A stretch of 64,000 nt of DNA, from contig OU015567.1 of NCBI GenBank assembly GCA_907165135.1, positions 11,532,001 to 11,596,000 of the forward strand. Reading direction: 5' to 3'. The position numbers were made by a program, and so were the translations under genes. This DNA comes from Oikopleura dioica. Its lineage: Eukaryota > Animalia > Chordata. Within the stretch, counting starts at the first letter, position 1; the number at the start of each line of letters is the position of its first letter. This document shows positions 21,701-36,741 of the stretch, in pieces. The notes under the pieces were generated by a model. It made no database searches, was not told where the DNA came from, and worked only from the letters and a program-made list of their open reading frames with translations.

Positions 21701-22302
21701 TGCATTTAAATTTTAAAGTCAACAATTCATATGAACTATATTAACTAGGTTGACAAACGAGGTCTAATAAGTATTTACTAATTAATTAAGTAATTAAGTA
21801 AACTTTATCTAAATATCCATCCTTCAGACCAATTTGACGAAGATGAAGACGATGAAAACTCAAAGCAGTGCATATTCTGCCTGGAGCAAGATGACAAGTT
21901 TATCGAGCAGCAAGACGAAAAGGACGGCATGGATATGCATTATTGGAAAGAATGTCCAATGCTGACAAAATGCAAGGAGTGTAAAATGGTCATCGAGATC
22001 TCGGGCTACAAGTAAGTCCAAATCACGCCCGACTGAATCACGCTTTCATGCTTTTTTAGTGAGCATTTGGTGAAAGAGTGTCCGTCAAAGGCAAACTATC
22101 AAGACAAAAACCTGGATACTGTCAGCAAAAACGGAAAGGTAGAGAATTTAAAACCAAAGTATGAAGAGCTAAAAACGTAATTTAGACAAAATGTCCACTT
22201 TGTTCATCAGCTGTGACGGATACCGAAGAGGGTTGGAGAGAACATCTCATGGCGAAAAAAGGCTGTAAAAATAATGATCGTCGAGTAGGAACGGTTTCGT
22301 AA
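18768..22302 (+). CDS. CEP104: Centrosomal protein 104
   Basis: N-terminal jelly-roll QLKKRCKVNKIQMLGHQYMI...RELKTINL...NLFNKVAVDAINILG, coiled coil, TOG-like middle, and C-terminal Zn fingers CIFCLE...MHYWKECPMLTKCKECKMVIEI...EHLVKEC...CPLC...WREHLM...GC. Confidence 0.9.
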
Positions 22303-22736
22303 AAGCGTGTAATTTATGATAAACATTTTCACAATTTGTCGCCTTTGAAACCAAACTTTAAGCGGCGATAAAACGAAAGAACGCAAAGCTGTGAAATGGA
22401 TTTTGGCCCCTGGAAAGCTTCATTCGTCCACAAGTTCACTTCAACACATTTTTATATTCACGAAATTCGCGCTTATTCTCCCTGTATATTCAAAAATGAT
22501 CACCTAACATTAGTTGCGCCTAAAGGAAGCTTAAATTACGAACCTTTTACATTCGACGTTTTTACGCACTTTTCTTCAAGCACCAGTATTCTTTTTTACA
22601 TTCCTTCTTTTCACTCTTTTTTGTGACTAGATAATGACATATTACTGTATATCAAACTTTAGTCTAGATTCTTTTTACTACTGAAAAACATTTTATTTTT
22701 CTACCAAATCATTTTAATTCAAAATTTTCAGAAAAA

Positions 22737-24874
22737 ATGTCCGAATCCGAAGATGACCTTTTTGATTCGGCGCCGATAAGGGAAGATCAACGTACTAGCC
22801 AAATCAGCAGGTGATGATGCCCCCTTAACATTCCTCTGACCCTAATCCTTATCGCTGAGTCATCAGATGAAATTTTGTTTCACAGCGGGTGATTAGGCGT
22901 GCAAAATTTTTACCCCCGCTGTTTTTATGATTCAGAAGCGAGTCAGAACGCGTTTTTACAAGTTTTTTTTAGTTTCAAAATTTCCGTCAACTCGTCAGAG
23001 AGAAGGGTTGAAGAAAAGTCGGGAAGTAAGCGAGATGAAGTTTTTACGACTTATATGGTCGAATCCGTTAGGTAAAGTGTCACCAGTTGATCAATTTTGA
23101 GACGATTCTAGCAATAAAACGTATCGGGTTTGGCGTCGCTACACCAACTTTCTCCAGTTACGACAATATCTCGAAGTGGAGCACCCAAGTTGCATTATTC
23201 CCCCAATGCCGGCTAAGCGAACCGGCGATATTTGGAACCAGCTCACCCAAGGGAGGCTTTTTACAATAGAACGTTCAATTAAAAATTACACGTGATATCG
23301 ACAAATCTATTTTCACGATTTAGCAAAAAATAAGAGCCTTGCCGTGAGACAACTTCGATCCCGAGTTCATAAGCGTGCGACAAATGGCGCTGGAGCGCTT
23401 TTTACATCGTATTAAGGTACATCAATATTCTAAATAATTGAAAAGGCATTTTGTGGTCGGAATAGGCTCAGCCCATCTTAGCTGCTGATCCCATAGTCTA
23501 CGAGTTCCTCACCAATGAGAAAGAGTGGAACGAGAAGGTCGAGGCCACCGATTACCAGAAACGCTCAGGAAAACGCGGAACAGATAGAGAGAAATACTAT
23601 TTTTGAAATAGATAAAGTTTGAACTTTTTCAAAAGGAGCCCTTTTAGCCGATCAAAAGATCGTAAATAAGCAACCTGGGCAAGATTGATGCTCCTCCTCT
23701 TTTGTAAAAAATGATTGATTGATTTGTTCCCGATTGATTAGCGTCCTGGCTAAAGCAGAAAAAGGCGCACTTGAATGTGAAAACTGAGGACTCACGGATA
23801 CAGGAAATGAAAGCCTACGTCGAGGATCTGAGCGAGCATTTGAAAGGCGTACTAAAAACGAGGATCAAGATAAAAGAGCAAATCTTCGCCAGCAAGCATG
23901 TTGCCTCCAGTTTTGCAAGGTAAACATTTAGTCTAAAGAAGAAAGGTGTTTCCAGTCAATACCTTTCAAAAGTTGACACACCGTCCGCAATGGCTAGTGA
24001 TGACGTTTGTTTTCAGAGTTATCGGAGAATTGAGTCAGGTCGAAGTGTCAGTGTCAAGCGAGATTTCAGCACTCAAAGCTGCTTATGTAGAAGCAGCGGG
24101 AGAAATCGAAGCGAATTCACGCGCCTTCGCCCAATATAATAAAAAAGGTACCAACGAGAATTTTTGACGAGTAGACATGCTTAGTTGAATTTTTATTTGC
24201 AGACTACAAGTAGTTATAGAATAAAGAAAATCAACAAAGATATTTTGATTATTTTGTTTTTAGAAAACGAGCTGTCAAACGACTTGACGGAATATTTGAT
24301 GTACTGTGAAGCGATTCAAGACCTAATTACGCGTTACGAAATCGTGCAGTGCCGTCAAGACGGTCACACATCAAAAAAGAGAGCGCTTGAAAAAGAAAAG
24401 TATGAGCTTGAATCAGGTGGCGGGAAGAGTTTCTCTGCGAAGGGACTCAAGAGGGCCATTTTGGGTGGTGGAGAGCATCAAAGACTGCAGAGAATCGCTG
24501 AGTTAGAAGTGAGGATTAAAGATCTCGAGAGCGACGTCAAAAAGCTTCAATCGACAACAGGAATGGTATTGAAAGCTCTCGTAAGATGATAGCTACCGAA
24601 AGAGATCGGTAGCGAGTCGTAAATCTCTCAAGCGATCATTTCCATATCAAAACTCGAAGCCTCCTTTGTGCACTCCACTTCCCAGCAATTAGAGCAATTT
24701 GAGTGGATGAAAAATCACGAAATCGGGCGTATCCTGCGTGACATTTCTCAGCTCGAAACAGAATTTAATCAGGAATCCGCGGAAGCCTGGCGGAGGGTCG
24801 AACACTGCTTCAAAAGCCCGCAACTTCGAAACCCTTCAAACGCTGCCGAAGTTGCTTTAGCATCATCCGAATAA
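22737..24874 (+). CDS. SNX4: Sorting nexin-4 (PX-BAR)
   Basis: PX domain VWRRYTNFLQLRQYLEVEHPSCIIPPMPAKRTGDIWNQLTQDNFDPEFISVRQMALERFLHRI (compare SNX4 DNMDPDFVERRRIGLENFL), followed by BAR helices. Confidence 0.88.
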
Positions 24875-25121
24875 TTATCATTGAGAAAATTTACCTTTCG
24901 AAAAACACTTTTTAATTTTCTAAATCTGAATGCTTCAATCCGATAGTTTCCTATTGTGCAATACCCCTGTATTTCAATTTCTGCTTTCGTTCCATCCTTC
25001 TGGTAACTAACGGAGTTATTAAGAGAAGATTTGTTAGATACTCTGATGGCTCGCAACTTCAAACAAGTCCAATATTCGTAAACTCAACTTGAACTGAATT
25101 GATAGCAAGGAAGAAAACAAA

Positions 25122-28100
25122 ATGGGGGACGAATCTGTCACTGTTGCGGTGCGCGTCCGCCCGATGAACAAGCGAGAAATTGCGCTCGGAACATCATGTT
25201 GTATAGATATGCAATCGAATCAGACAATTTTGAAGCAGATCGATGGTCATGTCGCGCATAAAAATGATAAGGTACCTTTCTAAAGCGTTTCTATATCTAG
25301 TTTATTTCTAGGTCTTCGCATTTGACTACTCCTTCTGGTCGATGGATCCTAAGCAAGCCCGATTCGCGGATCAGCAAGTTGTCTTCGACAATGTAGGTCA
25401 ACGCGTCCTGAAAAATGCAATGACTGGCTTCAATGCCTGCGTGTTCGCATATGGACAAACTGGGTCAGGCAAATCATACTCAATGATGGGCTGTCCTGGG
25501 CAGGAGGGAATCATTCCAAGGATATCGGCTGAAATGTTCAAATATGTGGAAGAGAAAACTTCGGAAAGTATGAGCTTTCGTCTTGAGGTTAGTTACCTCG
25601 AGATTTACAACGAGAAGGTGCGAGATTTACTGAATCCTGGGAATAAGAAGCCTCTGAAAGTCCGTGAGCATGCTTCAACGGGACCCTATGTTGACGGGCT
25701 TGTAAAAACCGTCGTGCAAGATGCCTCCAAAATCGCTGAATTGATAGAAGAAGGTGGCAAATCAAGAACTATCGCAGCGACTAACATGAACTCGGAGTCC
25801 TCGCGTTCCCACTCTGTCTTCACTGTAAACATCACTCAAGAAGAAAAGGTCGGCGAGCTAGTGGGAGAGAAATGCTCTCGTTTGAGTCTTGTCGATTTGG
25901 CCGGGTCTGAAAGAGCTTCGAAAACTGGCGCAGCGGGCGATCGGCTAAAAGAGGGCTCCAATATCAATAAGTCGCTGAGTACGCTCGGGCTTGTGATATC
26001 AGCTCTGGCAAGTGGAAAAAGCAAGTTTGTCCCGTATCGTGATAGTGTCCTCACCTGGCTGCTCAAAGACTGCCTCGGAGGAAATTCGAAAACTGTGATG
26101 GTTGCGACAATTTCACCGGCCGCGGATAATTATGAAGAGACTCTTTCTACCCTGAGATACGCCGACAGAGCAAAAAAGATTGTCAACAAAGCGGTCATCA
26201 ACGAGGATCCAAATACGAAGATAATAAGAGAGCTCCGCGAAGAAGTAGCAAGACTCAAAGCGCTCATTGGAGGCGGCGGCGGACTATCTCCAGCTACTGA
26301 GATTTCGCCCACAAGCACGAGCAGCAAAGTAGAGAGGAAAGAGCAGCTCGCAGAGTCAGAGAAGCTCCTCTCAGAATTTGAAAAGCCATGGGATGAGCGC
26401 GTTCGAGAAACCGAAAAATTACCAAAACTCGTCAAGAAACTCTTCAATCGATGGGCATTTCTTTGTCGTCTAAGGGAATCAAAATGTCTGGCAAGCAAGC
26501 GTTTCTTGTCAATCTTCATCCTGACCAGGCAATGACCGAAATGTTGGTCTACAATCTTCCTGAAAGCGGTGAAGCTGTGATTGGATCATCTGCCGATTGC
26601 TACATCAGACTTCAAAGCTTCGGAATAGAGGAGCGTCACGCTATTATCACAATCGAAGGCGAGCAGATATCCATGACGCCACAAGATGGAGCAATGTGCT
26701 GCATTAACGGGATGAAAACAAGCGAAAAAACGCCGCTGAGAACTGGCGACCGACTCCTCTGGGGTTCGAATCACTATTTTAAACTGACAGTTCCGTGGGA
26801 AAAGGTTCAAGTGCAGACTCCAGCAAACGAGTCGGTGTGTGACTTTGAGGCCGCCCAGAGAGAAGTGATGATGAACCAACTTCCTGACAGTGCGAGAGAG
26901 ACAATCAAGCAGCTCGAGAATCAGATTCTAGATGACGATGGTGCTACAACTGTCATTACAGGTACATTAGGAGAAAATAAAAATCTGTAGACATTCAACT
27001 GTAGAAAATTCGACAGATCAATACAATTTTGACTCTGTCACCGAGTATCACTACAAGAGACGAGGTAAAAATGACAGAGTAACCGGCCCATTTGAATCCA
27101 TTAGCTAACACTCTATTATCATAACATTAATCACGGAGATCTTAGGGTCTCATACGATCAGACGCTCATCAATTGGTAATAGGTTTTTCTTGGTGAATGA
27201 ATTTATTTTACTGGTGGAGCACAGTTTCACAGACGCATAACTTTTTGAAAATTGGTGAACTTTTCGCAGCTGAAAAGTTTTCTGGCTTTATTAAGAATTA
27301 ACCAAGGTGGAGGTTAATGAATTTTAATCAAGCCATTTTCAGGTATCAACGACAAAGAAAGAAGCCACTACGAGGACGTGATCGGGAAACTTCAGAGCGA
27401 ACTAAGTGTTGCGAAAAAGGAGTCCCCAGCAAAACGTGAACGGCGAATGCGTCGACAAAGGCTAAAAGAAGGCGTGCGTCTACTCAAAGGAGATCTTTCA
27501 AGGGCGCAGCATATGGTGATGGAGGCGAATAGTCTGTGCACCCGGTTGGACAAATCTGTCAAGTTTTCTGTAACCCTGCGAATACCTCCTTCGCGACTCG
27601 GACCAAGTACCGATAATGAGCCGAAACTACTGTGTCAGGAAAGGTTGAATAGTAATGAGAGTTTACTGATTGATGATTAGTTTTCGAATCGACATATTTT
27701 TGTCGTCGAAGTTCCTCTTTTATGTCAACCGTGATAGGCTGCCATCAAACTTCAGCGCCCTGGCCGTGAGGATACTATTTGGACGGTGGAAAAGCTTGAA
27801 GATCGTCTCAATGAAATGCGTGCTGAGATCCTGTCCCTTTCCTCTGAAGAGGATATATCTGATATGTCTTCCGATGTCTCCCTTGCTCGATCTCCGATGA
27901 GCCCAGACGCTCCATCTCGAGCTGATCTTTTTGCTGATGATCAGCAACAAAGTCTAGTCGGCGTTGCTTCCTTCTACCTGGAATCACTATTTTATGATTT
28001 GAATCAACCCTTTGAGTACACGTCACCAATTGTCTCACCCAATGGTACTTCGGCTGGAAAGCTTTCTGTGAGGATAGAAAGGATAGCTGGAAGAATACTA

Positions 28101-30989
28101 GTCCCAGAAGACGAAGAAGATTATCTTGCGTCAACTCCTAGTAGTGACAGTAACGAAATAACCGTCGTTGTTGAAGTACTTGAAGCAACGAAATTGAGCC
28201 CGACTTTGGCCCATTTCGTCGAATGCCAGTACACTTTTCCCGGAACAAACAAACGCGTCTCCGTGCATCCTATTATTGATGAGACGATGTCACCGAGAAC
28301 GGATCGTGATCGTCTTGACGTGCGTTATCGAAATACGCAAGAGTTCACAATCAATCTTGAGCCGCACATCCTCGGCGAGTTTGAGCGTGGCGCGTTGAAT
28401 ATCGAAGTACTGGGGCACCAAGATCGATACAGAGCTCGAGAAAAGAGGGAAGAGGCTGGAATTGATTGGGGCGCAGTTGAGGAAGAAGGAAGAAGTCTTG
28501 CGGAACGTTGGTCTGATGTTTCGAGGAGAGTGAAGCTGGATGTAGAAATTCAAGAACTCGATGACGGAAACTACCAGCCAGTAGAAGTTGAAAAGCTTGA
28601 TACTAGTTGTGGAGGTGTCTTTCAGCTGCGAGCAGGAATGAGTCGCCGGCTTTTGATATCCACAACGCCGCAGGTTGAAAAGGGACAACTCCCACTTGTT
28701 CTGGGTGAGATACACGCTGCGCAAATAGGCTCGATCCTCATTGACGGAGACAATTTCTCTGAAATCAAGACACCTGATTCGTATCAAGAGCATGATTTGG
28801 CGAATTTGCGGGAAAAATGGAGTTCGGCGCTGGATGAGCGGAAAGCGTTGCTTGACGCCGAGTTGCAAAAAGAGCAGACGGATGTTGATCGTGAAAGTGC
28901 GTTATTTCAGCAGGTTGCTATTTTAGCCGAAGAGCGTAATAGCGTGCTCGTTCCTCAAGCGCAATCTGGCATGCCTGGTGCTCCGGAACCGGATGATGGT
29001 CCTGTTGCTCCCGGAACTGAGGTAAATGAAAATATTTCTTCCTTTTTTCTCAACATCTTTAGGTCCATGTTCCCGTGCTCTATCTCGGCCTTGACCAAGA
29101 TATGCCCGAAGATTATGCGCCAGGGGCGAACTCACTTCTTCCCGGTGAAAACGAAGAGAAAATGTTCAACCTTTCTATGATCAAAAACTGCTGGGGAGAA
29201 CAGGTATTGATGCAAATTTCATTCAGCATTTCAACTCTATATAGGGAGGAACGCATGCAGTCTTTGCCTGGGATAGCTCGGTACACGATCATCAAAATTT
29301 GAACAAGCCCGATGGGCACGCTCAAGTGTATCTTGTCGTTTCGGTGCGTCTCCGTATCAATTTACCTGTCGAGCGCGATATTGTTCTTCGAAAGCGTATT
29401 CAAGTCGCAATTCAACCACAACGTCGTGGACTGATGCAAAGTCTCAAGAAAAATCTACGACTAAGGTAGTTCATTTTTAAATATTAAAAAGGACTCACTC
29501 TTTCAGTCAAAAATCCATACAAACATCCACTATTCCATCTTACTTACTATCGAATAGTAACAAAAATAGACTTGAGCATTTGTTACGGTGAGAATCTCAT
29601 ACTACCAAAAGGAAAACAATCATTTGCCTAACTTATGATAGTTGCGTGTAACAAAAGGAGCGTCCTTTAGTTTTCAATTGAGTGTCAGTTTTGATCATGC
29701 TGGTTTTCCACAGGATTGTTGAGTGGCTTTAGAAATCATCTATGAGTATTTTTGAAGAAGACCTCTTTGATGTCATTTTTTGCAACTTCAAAAATACTCA
29801 AGGCGACATTAAACTAATCCTGTTCTAGCTCAAACATCAGATACACGAAAAACTCGGTCGTGTATGAAATCATCTCCACTCTTCCCCTTCCAGCTGAAAA
29901 TCATACGCTCGATGCTGGCGCTGATGATTTAGCCTCACTAGCAGCTGCTTCCGCTCGTGAGCGAACAGAATCAACAAGTGAAGAAATGTGGGATCCAAAT
30001 ACCGCTTTTGATCGTTATGTCAAGGTATTTTCCATTTAAAATTTCGATTTCTTTGAACATGCCACTTTCAGAGCTTACAATCCGTTGAAAGAATGCTCGA
30101 TATAGAACGAATCAAGCAACAGGCAGCGCTTCATAGACTTCTTGATGAGCTGGGAATCCCACGATTATTCTCAAGAAAACGCAATATCGGTAACATCATG
30201 AAATATTTCAAAGTTCTCATCATGATTCTAGGTGACAGCATGATGTCTCCATCGGTCGAAAGTCGGCCAATGCTTGGGCTCGGGCAGATTCGCACGTCGC
30301 AAACCATGCCTTCCATCAATAATTTCAGGAACGGAGAAAGACAACTTCAGCCACTTCTCCTCTTCTAAGCTATTTTTAAAACTCATTCATTTTTGACTTC
30401 CACTGCCTTGAATAAATTTCTTCACTTCCCTTGTTCCCTTCTTCTCTCAATAGCAATAGTCACTCAAAAACTAAAAATCAAGCGATTCATTTAAATTTCT
30501 CTGAAAAAGGGGTCAACTAGTCGACATCACAACCACTCTTCCAACACCATCGTCTGAAGTCCATGAAGTCATTGACGAGCCGACGAAAGAGGAGATCGAT
30601 CTCCACTCTGGTACGAAAACAACTCATCTGCATTTTCAATTAATCTCATCATTTTAGAACTACACGCGATTCCCCGATTGTATTCCAATTTTTCCGACGG
30701 ATCGAATCATTCCGCGATGGTTTCTCCCGCCGTCAGTGATCTTTCCGGAGGCGAGAGCGACAGCGATGATGACTCGGACGATGATAGCGATTCCGATGAC
30801 GACTCGGATAGTGACTCTGACTCTGATACCGATTCTGAGACTTGTTCTGATTCGGATTCAGACTCCGACGGAGGAGAAGACCAAAAAGAATCTATGGCTG
30901 AGGGCAAGGCCATCTCCCCGGTTGGAAACTCACAGGTTAGCACACCCTGTCTGTCAGCCACTAACCCTCTTTTCAGCTTACGGATTTGA
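25122..30989 (+). CDS. KIF13: Kinesin-3, KIF13 family (motor, FHA, KIF13 middle domains, acidic tail). One apparent frameshift at 26414-26418.
   Basis: VAVRVRP, GQTGSGKS, NMNSESSRSH, LVDLAGSERA, YEETLSTLRYADRAK; FHA (FLVNLHPDQAM...YFKL); WTVEKLEDRLNEMR; GGVFQLRAGMSRR; VVYEIIS; ERMLDIERIKQQAAL. Confidence 0.92.
30766..30880 (+). repeat. Low-complexity Asp/Ser coding repeat (DSDDDSDDDSDSDDDSDSDSDSD) in the KIF13 last exon
   Basis: Degenerate GAC/GAT/AGC/TCx codons in ORF 30678..30989. Confidence 0.8.
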
Positions 30990-31847
30990 GTAATCTCCAC
31001 GGCAGTGCTAAATAATCTATTCTCCCGTTCAAACTCGAAAAAACGAACAAACCTGCTCCACTCCAAAATTCTACTGTACTGTACTTGTATTTTCCTCTTC
31101 TCACTTTTCATGCAACGAAACGGATAAACAATACTTACCTCATATGGCTTCAACTAGTTTTAATATAATTGTTTATTTTCACTTTTTTCTGCAAAAGCAA
31201 TCGTTGTTTTATCTCGGCTAACTTACATTACCTTCGATCAATTTCTGTGTCAGTCACAAATTTCTTCTGGCCATCGCAGGAACTAAGCAAGAAACTAACT
31301 TATTTTTTTTCCTCGCAGGAGCACTTTTTTGTCAATCCTTTTCTATATTTATATGCACTGATATCATAGTCGAAGATAGTAGAATTGGTGCTTGCAATAA
31401 AATATGGAACATTTCAGTGTCTTCCTTGCTATATTTTGAATGTGATCGCTTTATACCTAGAATTTAACGCTACTCATAGGCTCGATTTTCAAAATCTCTT
31501 CAACGTATGAACAATTAACAAAATCCTTTAAGTATCCAATTAAATACTCCCGCTTCTGACTGTGTTGTACAGTGCCTTCATGTGCCATTACTTCATCGAA
31601 CTTCTGAACCTGAACCCAAAAAAAAGAAAGAGCCCCTCTTTCTTAGAGCTACTACCTTTTTGTGTGTCTTTTTTACAGCATGCTTTGTCTTCATATTCTT
31701 TCATAAACTTGTCTTCATCCAATCTGATTTTTGCGTTTTTCAACTAATTTCGCATTTTCGAACTGAGCACGCTTGAACCAAACAAAAAATAAAAAACATC
31801 AGCTGTCCTGAAAATGCGGTTTAAAAACCTCTTTTATCAAATGTAGA

Positions 31848-33599
<1,752 letters not shown>

Positions 33600-33683
33600 G
33601 CTTAAACTAAATCAGCTCAGAAAATGAAAGTAACTTTTGATTTGCTTTAGAAACTAACGAACTGTTGGGTCGGAACCGGTCGC

Positions 33684-36297
33684 ATGTCCGCATCACGGAC
33701 GCGGAAACGACGTGAACCTGGATGGTAAAATGCCTTTAATATAATCTGTTTCTGATTGTCTAATTGAAGGGTTGAAGCTGCAGCAAAAGTGATCGAAAAT
33801 ATCGCAACGGCAAATGGCAGCACTTTGTCGAAGCCACTTGAAATTGACATCGCCGATCTGCTCAAACAGATCCAAAGTGCCAAGCTCAAGACAATAAAGG
33901 GCTCAATTGATGAGCGCGACGCCCTGCGCCGATCATTAGGTAAGCCTTGTCTCCCATGAAATAATACACAAGTCTAAAGCTCCTCAATTCTCTGATTTAT
34001 TCAGCAGTTATGAGCCCCGTATATATTTCTTATGCTCTTTCTCAAGGGACTTGGTGGCTGTCTCGATCAAAATTAATAATTTTTGATTTGCCAAAATCGA
34101 TTTTTTCACTATTTCGTTATTTAGAGCAAGCGCAAGACCAATTTTACTCCGAAAATGATAAATTTGGTCTGTTGAAGTTTCGACCCAAAGTTGAATCCAA
34201 GAGCAAAACTGGAACGAAGCGCAAGAATCAATCAATTTCTGGGAAAACATCCTCCTATGAATCGTCACAAAGAGGGAGACCGAAGAAGAAGAAAGATAAC
34301 TTTTCCGATGTCAGGCAGAGAAAAATATCAACAGAGGATCTCCTTGCTCCGGAAACGCCTCTCACTGGGGTGAATTTGAGAGAATTAATCAACGAGGAGG
34401 CTTTTCATGGGCTCGGCCAGCATCAGAAGGTAGAAAAGATATTTTCCCCCAGTTCTTGATTTCGATTTCAGTGGGAGTTACTCAAGCTACTCCCTTCTTG
34501 TGATGTAGAAATCGACGAAAGTGGAATGCCATCTACATCCCGCGACGCTTTCTCAAACGAGTTTTTCTCGCGTTCACTTCAATCTTTTCCTGAAAGAATC
34601 GCCGACGGTGAATTTACCTCCGCCGTGAAAGCCCGTCTGAACATAGAAAGTGGGCGCCGTAGAATCGATCCGTGGAAAGAGAAATTCTTCGAGGAAAAAT
34701 GGGGAGAACTCATGAAAAAGGAAGATCCTCGGAAAGACGCCCAAGCGGAGAAACTCCGCCATCTTGAAAACGCCATTTCTAAGCTAAGGTATTCAAGATC
34801 TTTTGATACAGAGAGATAAAAGTCGTGTTTAAGTACACGATGCTCGCCCAAGAAGTACACACCTGATCGCACTGAAACTTTGTCGCCAAAAACAGAACCT
34901 AAACAAGATCCAGCGCCTTTTCATTTACCTTTACAGCCTTTTTCGCCCGTTTCGCCTACTGAAGAGAATGTCATCAAGTCCTGGCAGGCGATTCAAGGAA
35001 CAGTTCAAAATTTTACCCAAGAGATATCAAATATGGAGGATTACTTAATTTGAACTTTGTTACTAGCAGTCAAAACCTTATCAAGTCCCGAGCATAAAAA
35101 ACCCGAGCAAAACTACCCTGTTACTACTACGCAAAGATTAATAAAAACTCCTCCGATTTCCTCCGCCAACGAACCAAAAGCGGTCCCATTCAACGTGATT
35201 CGATCGGTTGTACCTGCAGTTAATGTACCGCCAGATCTTTTGAGGAAGGACAACGGCGTAAAAGTCTCACAGAAGATGGTGATAGTTTCGCGCCCTATTA
35301 TCGTCAAGGCTGTGGTGAGCTCGATGCAACAAACGCAACATCATGGCAGCTCAGTCAACGTCTCTCCGGCGACGTCCTCTCAAGTTTCCTCCGACTCGCC
35401 TGCTTCTAGAGGTCCTTCATGTTCGCCATCGGCCAACTTATCAGGTTCAGGTACGAGGAAATTTATGCTTCTCGATTTTAATTTCTTTTTTAAGAGAATC
35501 CTGTCCTTGCGATTCCTTTTGCATGCGTCAAATCGCCGCAGACAAATCGAATCACCAGCCCAGAACGACCCATGCCCCAAATCCCCAAGAACTGCCCCAA
35601 AATCAGCCCCAAGGTTAAGCCTCTGACGATGAACCTCCCTCCCATCCCTCAACTCATCCCAGCGCCGCATCAAGGCACATCTCAAAATATCAAGAAAGGA
35701 CTGACCTTAGCTGAGATGCGGGCAAACATTCAGGAGCGGCGGCAATCTGTAATACGTTACTGTCCCTCTGGTTCTGCGATCCCGACGAGAGTTATAAAAT
35801 CTCTACAACAGGTAACCCAGCAGACGATGGACAAATTAATAAGTTTATCCTAGGCGGTTCCTTCCGATCGCGTGCTCATCCTCTCTCCCGTTTCCAGAAA
35901 ACCAGGATCGAACTCGAGCCGCCCTCAATTCCGCCTTGACTGTGGCCCTTCAAGTTCCAAACAAGAACAGACCTACCGATCACCTACGAAGCTGCAGCGT
36001 GCGCCGCTTACGACCAGTGTGATCCAAACACTTCAAATCGCACCGAGCAGTTCACCAAAGAAGACTTACGTGATCAAAGTCAACCCCGCAGTGACTCCGT
36101 ACGAACCCTCCAAAAGCTCGAGCAGCAACGGCCAGCAGCAAAGTATTCCGCACTTGCATCACCACTTGGCAGCGGCACGAGGCCACAGTTGCAAGAACAC
36201 CGGGGCTTACGCGCAATGCGAGCGCTGCAAAAACCTGTTCAACATGCCAGAGTCGAAAATCCGCCACAAGTTCCTCTGCTTTAATTGCTCCAAGTAG
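33684..36297 (+). CDS. ASXL: Additional sex combs-like (HARE-HTH, DEUBAD, degenerate PHD)
   Basis: RKRREPGWVEAAAKVIEN (compare ASXL1 KERTWAEAARLVLEN); DEUBAD VNLRELINEEAF...LLKLLP...AFSNEFF...ERIADGEFT...DPWKEKFFEEKWGE; C-terminal CERC...LCFNC. Confidence 0.9.
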
Positions 36298-36741
36298 CCA
36301 TAAACACAGAACCCTCGTTACTATATTTTTTTTTCTTAAGTTAAAGCTCTATCCCGCTCTATTTCGGCCTGGCCCGAGTTCAGAAAATTATTTTTCCTTT
36401 AAAACTTCCCCAGGAGAAACTCTAATTAAAAACTCACAGAATTGCCTTAAAAAAATTTAACTCGTGGTGGCGTCCATTTATTATGCCAAAAATTTAGTTG
36501 AAAGAAGAAAACATTCAAAGAATTTTAAGTTGAAACAAGGTCTACCATCAGTCCTTTTGTACAATCTTCCGATAAAGAATATTCCTTTTCCTACGTGTCC
36601 AAAGAAACTTATCATTTCTGAGTGAAGTTCAAACAGTGTCAACTTTTCCGCTTTCGGGTGATTTTGGGTGACCTCTTCTGTAATTATACAATTAGGGTGT
36701 ATTTTAGTTACCATTACTGCCCTAACAGTTTAAAAATCTTG

